DNA from: Gammaproteobacteria bacterium
GTDB lineage: Bacteria; Pseudomonadota; Gammaproteobacteria; UBA4575
Direction: 5' to 3'
DNA length: 64,000 bases
Assembly: GCA_965220895.1 (NCBI GenBank)
Contig: OZ244850.1
Span: forward strand, 596,861-660,860
The notes beneath the pieces were generated by a model. The model did no database searches. It worked only from the letters and a program-made list of their open reading frames with translations, and was not told the DNA's origin. The position numbers and the translations under genes were made by a program. Below are positions 41,142-49,004 of this stretch, one piece after another (position 1 is the stretch's first letter; each line of letters starts with the position of its first letter).

Positions 41142-41810
41142 TCAGGTCCCGCTCCACATGCGCACCAGGTTGAGATACACGTTGTCGACACGCCGGCTAT
41201 CCTCACTATCCGGGTCTTTGCGCAACATTTTCTCACGTGTCTTGCCCAGCTGGTAAAGCAGCTCCCGCTGTTCGTAGCTCCTAACCAGGCTCTGCACCCA
41301 GGTCACGGCCACCAGTCGCTCGCCGCCTGTGACGCGAGTCACCTGATGGCGCGTCGAGGCGGGATACAACACGGCGTCCCCTGCCGGGTATTTGATGGCC
41401 CGGCGACCGAAGGGGGCGCCTATCACCAGTTCCCCGCCTTCATATTCCTCAGGCGAATTCAAAAATACGGTAACGGCAATATCCGAGCGATAGCGGTTGT
41501 CTTCCCCCATCACGGGGTCATCCATGTGCTCCCCGTACGCCATGCCCTGGCCGTATCGCACGTAAAAGGGAACCGCAACGCGGTGCGGAAGGGCTGCAAT
41601 CTTGTATTCAGGATGGCGCACCAGGTTGCCCATGACCATACGGTTGAGCTCGGAAATCGTTTTTTCACTGCAGACCTCTTCGTTGTTTTTCACCTGCCGG
41701 GCGGAAGGCCCGGCCGAAAGCCTGCCGTCCTGGAATTCGGCATCGGCAAGTAATTCGCGTACCCGGTGAAGCTCCTGGCCGCCGAGAACGTGTTTGACTT
41801 GTGTCACCAT
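41142..41810 (-). CDS. PKHD-type Fe(II)/2OG hydroxylase (PiuC/YbiX-like)
   Basis: HxD...H triad (YGEHMDDP ... RHQV) and Fe2OG dioxygenase double-stranded beta-helix. 222 aa. Confidence 0.8.
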   Translation of the reverse strand: MVTQVKHVLGGQELHRVRELLADAEFQDGRLSAGPSARQVKNNEEVCSEKTISELNRMVMGNLVRHPEYKIAALPHRVAVPFYVRYGQGMAYGEHMDDPVMGEDNRYRSDIAVTVFLNSPEEYEGGELVIGAPFGRRAIKYPAGDAVLYPASTRHQVTRVTGGERLVAVTWVQSLVRSYEQRELLYQLGKTREKMLRKDPDSEDSRRVDNVYLNLVRMWSGT

Positions 41811-41879
41811 TGTTTGAATACTCGAACCCGGTTACATTGGCATGCAGTGAATCTGCGAAGCCCCCCGATGATACTGAAG

Positions 41880-42070
41880 GGAATTATGTAGCAAAATCCG
41901 CATGAAGACACACCGCACCATCCGTTACCGTCTGCACCCCAGCTCCCGCACTAAGGCCCATAAGCTGCACGGCACAGCTGATGGGGCCACTGGACGTGGA
42001 GGTGGCAGCATCAGCTGGCCTGGGAAGCGTCAAACGGGTAGTGAACCTCCTGTGGATTTTGCTACATGAT
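41880..42070 (+). mobile_element. internally deleted IS200/IS605-family (tnpB-type) element remnant, about 190 bp
   Basis: Starts like the tnpB N-terminus (MKTHRTIRYRLHP...) for about 90 nt. It then jumps to the last ~85 nt of a tnpB 3' end/right end (…GKRQTGSEPP…TTTTGCTACAT). It is about 85-90% identical to the full copy downstream. Confidence 0.6.
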
Positions 42071-42401
42071 CTCTTTTTCCATACTGAAAGTCACAATCGA
42101 TGAGAAAACCTTTTCCCTGCGAGTCGAGCATGAAATGATGCAGGACGCCCAAGATATATTTCAGAAAATGGATTCGGACATGGACCGGGGCTGGCAGATG
42201 AGCCGCACCTGGGTGGATTGTCCCAACGACCTGCAACGCTGCCAGATAGCTGCGGATAAAATGCTGACTGCGATACAGCAGGAGAGAACGGCAACCGTAG
42301 GGCTGATGGCGGCCTACATCGTCAACAGGATGCCCGGGATTCAAGCCCTGGACATCGACACTTCGGGCGACATGACCCTGACCGAGCTGGTCATGATCTG
42401 A
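42066..42401 (+). CDS. hypothetical protein (111 aa) between the two IS sequences
   Basis: ORF begins at the last bases of the IS remnant. No recognisable motif. Confidence 0.3.
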   Translation: MISFSILKVTIDEKTFSLRVEHEMMQDAQDIFQKMDSDMDRGWQMSRTWVDCPNDLQRCQIAADKMLTAIQQERTATVGLMAAYIVNRMPGIQALDIDTSGDMTLTELVMI

Positions 42402-42461
42402 ACCGAATCCGCCCGGATGCGCCCGCGCATCAGGTAGCATGGCATATCGAATGTTATGTAA

Positions 42462-43703
42462 GGAAATTATATACTTACAGCCCGCAATGAAGACGCATCG
42501 TACCATACGCTATCGCTTGCACCCCGGTTCCCGCACCAAGGCCCACAAGCTGCAGGGCACGGCCGAGGCTTGCCGATTCACATGGAACCACTTCGTTGGC
42601 AAGCTCAGGGATGACTACAAATGGTCTGGCCGATGTGATCCGCGCTGGTACAGCCTTAACAAGTTGTTTGCCCTCTGGCGCAAACACCAGGAGCCGTGGT
42701 TGCAAGACTACTCTTGCGCCATCGTGCGCCTGTCTTTAAAGCCCATCGCGACAGCCTACAAGCAGTTCTGGAAAGGGGAAGGCGGCCTTCCTCGCTTCAA
42801 GCCTCAGTACGACCATGTGCCCTCGTTCCCGCTGGGGGCAGGGATGTTCAAGCTGCAGGGCAAGTCCCTGCACATCCAGCGCATCGGCCAGGTCAAGCTC
42901 CGAGGTCACAATCCATATACCAATGCCAAACCTGTATCCGGCACGATCAAGCGTGAAGCCACGGGCTGGTATGCCTACATCGTGTACGAAGTCGAGATCA
43001 CGAAGAAGCCTGAAAGCATCAAGGCTGTGGGCATCGACCGCAACGTCGGTCAGGTCGCCCGGTCCGACGGCGTGGTGCACTACTCGCCTGATCTAGAGAA
43101 GCTGGAAGCCCGGAAGCGGAGGTATCAGCGCATGATGGCCAGGCGCCAGCGCGGCAACAGAAAACAGGGCATCAAGCCATCCAACCGGTACCTGAAAGCC
43201 AGGAATCTCCATGCCCGCACTCACCAGAAGATCACACAGGCACGCACCGACTGGTGCCACAAGGTCTCAAGGGAAATTGCAGACGACTATACTCTGGTCT
43301 ACCTGGAAGACTTGGATACAAGAGGCATGACGGCCTCGGCCAAGGGTACGAAAGGGCATCCCGGCCAACATGTGAAGCAGAAGGCCGGGCTGAACCGGGC
43401 AATTCTCAACTCGGAATGGTACAAGCTGGAGCACTGCCTCGGCTACAAGGCGAGCGTGATGAAGGTCAATCCTGCGTACACCAGCCAGACCTGCCATGCG
43501 TGCGGACACACCGACGAGAAGAACAGAAAGACCCGGGCCTGGCATGAGTGTGTGGCCTGTGGCTATCGGGATCATGCGGATCACAATGCTGCATTGAATA
43601 TACTGGCCTTCGGGAATGGGGCCGCTGGACGTGGAGGTGGCGGGGTTACCCGGCCTGGGAAGCGTCAAACGGGTAGTGAACCTCCTGCGGGTTTTGCTAC
43701 ATA
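42462..43703 (+). mobile_element. IS200/IS605-family element carrying only tnpB (IS1341-like)
   Basis: Boundaries inferred from alignment with the remnant copy. Left end GGAAATTAT..., right end ...GGGTTTTGCTACAT. No tnpA. Confidence 0.65.
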
Positions 43704-43704
43704 G
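42487..43704 (+). CDS. tnpB: RNA-guided endonuclease TnpB (OrfB_IS605 with C-terminal zinc finger)
   Basis: RuvC-like motifs and zinc finger CHACGH...CVACG. About 405 aa from MKTHRT. Confidence 0.9.
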   Translation: MKTHRTIRYRLHPGSRTKAHKLQGTAEACRFTWNHFVGKLRDDYKWSGRCDPRWYSLNKLFALWRKHQEPWLQDYSCAIVRLSLKPIATAYKQFWKGEGGLPRFKPQYDHVPSFPLGAGMFKLQGKSLHIQRIGQVKLRGHNPYTNAKPVSGTIKREATGWYAYIVYEVEITKKPESIKAVGIDRNVGQVARSDGVVHYSPDLEKLEARKRRYQRMMARRQRGNRKQGIKPSNRYLKARNLHARTHQKITQARTDWCHKVSREIADDYTLVYLEDLDTRGMTASAKGTKGHPGQHVKQKAGLNRAILNSEWYKLEHCLGYKASVMKVNPAYTSQTCHACGHTDEKNRKTRAWHECVACGYRDHADHNAALNILAFGNGAAGRGGGGVTRPGKRQTGSEPPAGFAT

Positions 43705-43830
43705 ATTCCCCTAAAGTTATATTCTCGTGCCCGGAAATTTCCTTATAATCGGGAATTCTTATATGCCTAATCGATTCAAATCGACCCGAATCACTGGGGT
43801 TGAGACGCCTGTTTTGGGAGGAAGTGGATA

Positions 43831-45756
43831 ATGGAAGAAAAGCTCACTTTTCGACGCTATGAGGATGGCGACCATGTCACGACGCAATGGAGCAAGGACG
43901 TTGTGCAAAATGGGTTGTCCGAGATCTGCCCGACCTACGTTCACCGAACCCCCCCGTGCCAGGCAAGCTGCCCCTCCGGCCACGACATTCGCGGCTGGCT
44001 TTCCATTGTCAGGGGTATAGACAAACCGGTAGGCGACATGACCTGGCAGGAGCATGCCTTTCGCCGCATGACCATGTCCAATCCATTCCCGTCCGTGATG
44101 GGGCGCGTGTGCCCTGCCCCGTGTGAGGACGGCTGCAACCGCAACGAAGTCGAAGAAGCCGTAGGCATCAATGCCGTGGAGCAGTACGTAGGGGACTGGG
44201 CCCTGGACCAGAACCTGACCTATTCGGTACCCGAGCACGACAGCGGCAAGAAGGTTGCGATTGTAGGTGGTGGATGCGCGGGCCTGACTGCGGCCTATTT
44301 CCTACGCCAGAAAGGCCATGCCTGCACAGTTTTTGATGAATATGACCAGCTCGGTGGCATGATGGTATTCGGCATCCCGGGATACCGTACACCGCGTTCC
44401 GTGCTGGAAGGCGAGATCAATCGCATCATCGACATGGGCGTGGAAGTAAAACTGAACACCCGTGTTGGCACGGATGTCTCGGTCGAGGAACTGGAACGTG
44501 ACTACGATGCCGTGTTCTGGGGTATCGGTGCCGTTTCCGGAAAGAAACTGCCGATCCCGGGTGGTGATGCACCGAATGTCGTGGACGGCATGTCCTACCT
44601 GCGCGCATTCAACGAGGATCGCCTGAAATACATCAGCGGCCGAATTCTTGTGATCGGTGCAGGAGATACGGCGATGGACGTGCTGGCGGTAGCCAGGCGC
44701 ATCGGCAACATCAACAGTGTGACCGTGAAAGACCGCCCGGAAAGTGTGATCCTGGGGCACACCGTGCATGATGTGGCAAGTGTGGCCAAGCGTACCGGGG
44801 CGGATGTATGGGTCGTCTACCGGCGTCCGATCTCAGAAGCACCTGCTACCAAGCATGAACTGGACGCGGTGATTCGCGAAGGTGTGGAAATCCATGACGG
44901 GCTGTCCCCTGTTGAGGTGATCCTGGACGAAGACGGCCGGGCCAAGGCGCTGCGAGTGGTTCCCGTGGAACTGGTTGACGGCAAGCTGGAACCCAAGGAA
45001 GGCGAGGAATTTGACATTGAATGTACACTGATCGTCAGCGCGACCGGCCAGACCGGAGACTATACGGGCATCGAGGAATTCGACAACGGGTGGGGCCTGA
45101 TGAATGCAGACAAGGTCTACCAGGTGGAAGGCAAGCCCGGGCATTTTGTCGCCGGCGATGCAGTCAACCCGCACCTGCTGACCACAGCCATCGGCCAGGC
45201 CTCGATTGCCGCAGAAGGCCTGCATCACTACTTGATGGATCAGGAAATCCCTTCACGCCCCAAGATCGACACCCATCATTTCAAGCTTCTGGAAGAGCTG
45301 CGCGTGCGTGAACTTGAGCCTGCGGCTTACGAAATTCACGAAGCCTGGGGTACGGACACGGCAGAATTCGCGATCCACAACTACGAGGACCGTTCAGCCA
45401 CCGAGATCGCGACCCACGACCAGTTGCACATGGCCTATTTCGAGCACGAGCCCATGAATCGCCGTGATGAGGCCAACATCACAGCGGACAAGGTGCTGAA
45501 CAATTTCCAGGAAAGATTTTCCGCCCTAGAAGAACAAAAAACGATCGATGAAGCAGCCCGCTGCATGAGTTGCGGCATGTGCTTCGAGTGTGACAACTGC
45601 GTAGTTTATTGTCCGGAAGACGCCATTTTCCGGGTCAAGAAAGATCAGCGTGCGATGGGCCGTTACGTCGACACCGATTACGACAAGTGCGTGGGCTGTC
45701 ACATCTGTGCCGATGTCTGCCCGAGCGGCTACATCAAGATGGGATTGCACTACTAG
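43831..45756 (+). CDS. dsrL: DsrL, GltD-like NAD(P)H:acceptor oxidoreductase with C-terminal ferredoxin domain
   Basis: N-terminal Cys clusters, FAD/NAD Rossmann motifs (VAIVGGGCAGL, ILVIGAGDTAMD), C-terminal 2x[4Fe-4S] domain (CMSCGMCFECDNC...CVGCHICADVCP). 641 aa. Confidence 0.85.
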   Translation: MEEKLTFRRYEDGDHVTTQWSKDVVQNGLSEICPTYVHRTPPCQASCPSGHDIRGWLSIVRGIDKPVGDMTWQEHAFRRMTMSNPFPSVMGRVCPAPCEDGCNRNEVEEAVGINAVEQYVGDWALDQNLTYSVPEHDSGKKVAIVGGGCAGLTAAYFLRQKGHACTVFDEYDQLGGMMVFGIPGYRTPRSVLEGEINRIIDMGVEVKLNTRVGTDVSVEELERDYDAVFWGIGAVSGKKLPIPGGDAPNVVDGMSYLRAFNEDRLKYISGRILVIGAGDTAMDVLAVARRIGNINSVTVKDRPESVILGHTVHDVASVAKRTGADVWVVYRRPISEAPATKHELDAVIREGVEIHDGLSPVEVILDEDGRAKALRVVPVELVDGKLEPKEGEEFDIECTLIVSATGQTGDYTGIEEFDNGWGLMNADKVYQVEGKPGHFVAGDAVNPHLLTTAIGQASIAAEGLHHYLMDQEIPSRPKIDTHHFKLLEELRVRELEPAAYEIHEAWGTDTAEFAIHNYEDRSATEIATHDQLHMAYFEHEPMNRRDEANITADKVLNNFQERFSALEEQKTIDEAARCMSCGMCFECDNCVVYCPEDAIFRVKKDQRAMGRYVDTDYDKCVGCHICADVCPSGYIKMGLHY

Positions 45757-45817
45757 CTGCAACCATCCAGCAACAGCTGCCCACACAGGCAGCCCTGCCA
45801 GGCGCCAGCAGGCAGTC

Positions 45818-46156
45818 TCAGGCCACGCTTCCGAACCCTTTGTCCACTGCACCGGTGGGTACATGCAGGCCTGCTATCCTGCAACCCTGGGCTACGGGCC
45901 CACCCGGAAACAAGTCGTACAGGTACTTCATTCCGCCTTTGTAGTGGAACTTCTCTTCCAACGCATCATGCAGTTCACGCATGTTGATCATGTTGATGTC
46001 GTGTCTTGAGTAGTACCCCTGCAATGCATGCAGCAGTTCAAAATGGTCATCCGTCAAGGTGATCCCTTCCTCGACCGCAACTTTCTTGGCATCTTCATCG
46101 GACCAGTCGTCTGACATGAAAAACCGTTCGTAGTTATCCGCTTTCTGGACTGTCAT
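45818..46156 (-). CDS. DsrC-family paralog retaining only the penultimate cysteine
   Basis: C-terminus YLYDLFPGGPVAQGCRIAGLHVPTGAVDKGFGSVA. CysB is kept, the terminal CysA is replaced, and the tail is extended. Confidence 0.8.
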   Translation of the reverse strand: MTVQKADNYERFFMSDDWSDEDAKKVAVEEGITLTDDHFELLHALQGYYSRHDINMINMRELHDALEEKFHYKGGMKYLYDLFPGGPVAQGCRIAGLHVPTGAVDKGFGSVA

Positions 46157-46267
46157 GAGGCCTCACCTCCTTGAAGAAAATAACGGTTTCTTGTGCCTGA
46201 ATTGTACCATGCCCGGCATCGTTCTTGAGGGCTGAGCGTTGCCACATGAGACAAGCCTGAAGCATAT

Positions 46268-47692
46268 GTTGTCTTAGCACCACCTATTCCTGAGTGGTAA
46301 GCTACAGGTCCTGCAATGGATTTGATCCGGGTTGTTGTCTTAGCACCACCTATTCCTGAGTGGTAAGCTGCCCGGAGCCATCGAACTTGCAACATGGACG
46401 TTGTCTTAGCACCACCTATTCCTGAGTGGTAAGCTGTTAAAAAGATTTGGCTTGATCACAATGTAGTTGTCTTAGCACCACCTATTCCTGAGTGGTAAGC
46501 TTAGTGTTAATCAATTATGTGCAAGGCTACAGTTGTCTTAGCACCACCTATTCCTGAGTGGTAAGCTAATGGCGAGAATGAACGTAAAAGACCTGAAGTT
46601 GTCTTAGCACCACCTATTCCTGAGTGGTAAGCTATTGCTGAACGAAAAAGGCAAGAGCGCTGAGTTGTCTTAGCACCACCTATTCCTGAGTGGTAAGCTT
46701 ATTCAAATCATAGGTTGAACACACAGAACGTTGTCTTAGCACCACCTATTCCTGAGTGGTAAGCTACGCGTATGGCAGGATCGCATGACGGTAAAGTTGT
46801 CTTAGCACCACCTATTCCTGAGTGGTAAGCTCTCATCTTGGATACGCCGATGATATTGTCAGGTTGTCTTAGCACCACCTATTCCTGAGTGGTAAGCTCT
46901 CTGCGACCTTGAGGATCGCCATGATTGCGTTGTCTTAGCACCACCTATTCCTGAGTGGTAAGCTCGATGCCATGCGCCACGGCTTTCTGCTTCGGTTGTC
47001 TTAGCACCACCTATTCCTGAGTGGTAAGCTCTCATCTTGGATACGCCGATGATATTGTCAGGTTGTCTTAGCACCACCTATTCCTGAGTGGTAAGCTTTA
47101 ACTCTCGACCGCCAAGATGGTTTGGCAAGTTGTCTTAGCACCACCTATTCCTGAGTGGTAAGCTCACGACCGGCCACGTTGATTACCTCTGTAAGTTGTC
47201 TTAGCACCACCTATTCCTGAGTGGTAAGCTTAAATGCACTGTAATAATACGACCCTTAGCGTTGTCTTAGCACCACCTATTCCTGAGTGGTAAGCTATTG
47301 CCAAGAATATTCAGGAGGTTAATGAAGTTGTCTTAGCACCACCTATTCCTGAGTGGTAAGCTGTTCCATTACTTCACACCTTTTCCACTGAAGTTGTCTT
47401 AGCACCACCTATTCCTGAGTGGTAAGCTGTATTCATAATGAGGAAGTTGTAGATAATAGTTGTCTTAGCACCACCTATTCCTGAGTGGTAAGCTTTTACA
47501 GTTGATTGTATCTCAGTTTTATCAGTTGTCTTAGCACCACCTATTCCTGAGTGGTAAGCTACGCTGGGTAAAAATACCACCCTGGTCCGTGTTGTCTTAG
47601 CACCACCTATTCCTGAGTGGTAAGCTAGTTGCTGAAAAAGGCATCAAACAACTTACGTTGTCTTAGCACCACCTATTCCTGAGTGGTAAGCT
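46268..47692 (+). CRISPR. CRISPR array, 22 x 36-bp repeats (GTTGTCTTAGCACCACCTATTCCTGAGTGGTAAGCT), 21 spacers of 30-31 bp
   Basis: Perfectly periodic 66/67-bp units read directly. Adjacent to cas2-cas1-cas9 (type II-C). The repeat 3' end TGGTAAGCT resembles an extended -10 box, as in Neisseria II-C repeats, so crRNAs are probably made from the plus strand. Confidence 0.95.
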
Positions 47693-47729
47693 ACCGACGT
47701 GATAAACTGTTGATTTGGCGAGTAAATTG

Positions 47730-47755
47730 GCTGGTTCCCATGGAGGGGAACCAGC
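47730..47755 (-). terminator. hairpin at the cas2 stop (GCTGGTTCCC/GGGAACCAGC), possible terminator/insulator between the cas operon and the array
   Basis: 10-bp perfect stem with a 6-nt loop overlapping the cas2 stop codon. The downstream U-tract is weak. Confidence 0.3.
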
Positions 47756-48090
47756 TAAAACAAGTAAAATTGGTTGGGTTCTTGGTTGGTTTTTCTCCTT
47801 TTTTGAGCATAATATCGCCTCATATTTGAGAACTGCTTATCAGTAATACACAGAACATCAACCTTGCCGCCCGGTGGTAACAAAGGCACGATTCTGTGAC
47901 TTATCGCGTTCGCCTTCTCGCCTGAGGAGCAGTATTTTAGATACACAGAAAACTGTGACATCTCGAATCCGAGGTCAAGAAGGCTGTTTCGGAACTTGGC
48001 TGCCTGTTTGCGTTCCTTCTTGGTAACCACCGGTAAATCGAACATCACGAATAGCCACATGATGCGGTATGGACTAAGGCCATCACTCAT
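47755..48090 (-). CDS. cas2: CRISPR-associated endoribonuclease Cas2
   Basis: About 100 aa, Cas2 fold pattern (RIMWLFVMFDLPV...). 4-nt overlap with cas1. Confidence 0.85.
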   Translation of the reverse strand: MSDGLSPYRIMWLFVMFDLPVVTKKERKQAAKFRNSLLDLGFEMSQFSVYLKYCSSGEKANAISHRIVPLLPPGGKVDVLCITDKQFSNMRRYYAQKRRKTNQEPNQFYLF

Positions 48091-48992
48091 GGCAGTGAAT
48101 CCAAGGGTGCAGGCAAAGGAGGCAGTACGTCAGCCATCACCTCTCCTTGGCAGTACTGGGAGAAAGCGCGACACATCCTGACTGCAACAAGCGACAGAGG
48201 AGAAAAACCTTCGGCCATCGGCAGTGGGAGTGCGGGTAAAGATGCTAGTCGCAACTTGCCCTCAGCGTTGAGCTCCTCGGAATAAGCTTTCCTCGACTGC
48301 CATACAACAAGATCAGCTATGGGACGAAATGGCTCAAGGAGGTCATCGACCAGATTCAAGGGGTTTTGCGGATTCTTGTGGTGTACACTGAAACTTGGAT
48401 GCAACCCAGCACCGGTAACGCCACGCGCTACACAGGCCCGTAACACGGTATAGGCGTAGTTCAGGGCAGCATTCAATCCCGAAGCCGTGCGGTCACGCCG
48501 GAAGTCTTTACCGAAAAGACGTTGCCAATAGGCACGGGCCGCCTGCGCCTCAATGTTGTCCGGATCCCCCGACCTTACTTTGCGGATCATGCGCAGAAGA
48601 TCCCTATTGGCCTCCCCGGCCCGACTCAGCACCTCTGCCTGATTGTCGATTTTCGTTCGAACCAATCGCTGCCAGACACGCTTTCGGCGAGGCTGAGACA
48701 GTTCGGTTTGCGCCCTCATCACGCTGAATTGTCTTACAGCACCCTGCACCGGCAAAGTCCAAGTGCTTGGCAGATAGTTTTTTCCGCACACCACTAACGG
48801 GATGTTTCGCTGCGCCAACTGATCCAGTAATTCGCTGGAAATGGCGCAACCAGGAACAGAAATCAGCACCACACCTATGTCGTCCAGCGGCACTTGACCC
48901 ATTTGTTCCCCACGCTGGTGAACTTGCAGGAAACCCCTTGACTTTTTCAGCCAATATCCCGGATCAGTAATCTCGACAACCTGGCCCCCCAT
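48087..48992 (-). CDS. cas1: CRISPR-associated integrase Cas1 (type II)
   Basis: 301 aa with type II Cas1 pattern (VPLDDIGVVLI...LLDQLAQRNIPLVV...). Directly downstream of cas9. Confidence 0.9.
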   Translation of the reverse strand: MGGQVVEITDPGYWLKKSRGFLQVHQRGEQMGQVPLDDIGVVLISVPGCAISSELLDQLAQRNIPLVVCGKNYLPSTWTLPVQGAVRQFSVMRAQTELSQPRRKRVWQRLVRTKIDNQAEVLSRAGEANRDLLRMIRKVRSGDPDNIEAQAARAYWQRLFGKDFRRDRTASGLNAALNYAYTVLRACVARGVTGAGLHPSFSVHHKNPQNPLNLVDDLLEPFRPIADLVVWQSRKAYSEELNAEGKLRLASLPALPLPMAEGFSPLSLVAVRMCRAFSQYCQGEVMADVLPPLPAPLDSLP

Positions 48993-49004
48993 ACGGCATC
49001 ACTG

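Noticed and set aside
43759-43830. Possible tRNA gene or insertion hotspot next to the IS right end
   Set aside because: No cloverleaf-compatible structure is seen. The region more plausibly carries the dsrL promoter (TATAAT at about 43791) and ribosome-binding site.
46153-47580. ORFs 46153-46395(-), 46859-47077(-) and 47374-47580(-), which translate to repetitive AYHSGIGGAKTT peptides
   Set aside because: They are translations of the CRISPR repeat unit (periodic 66-bp repeats), not genes.
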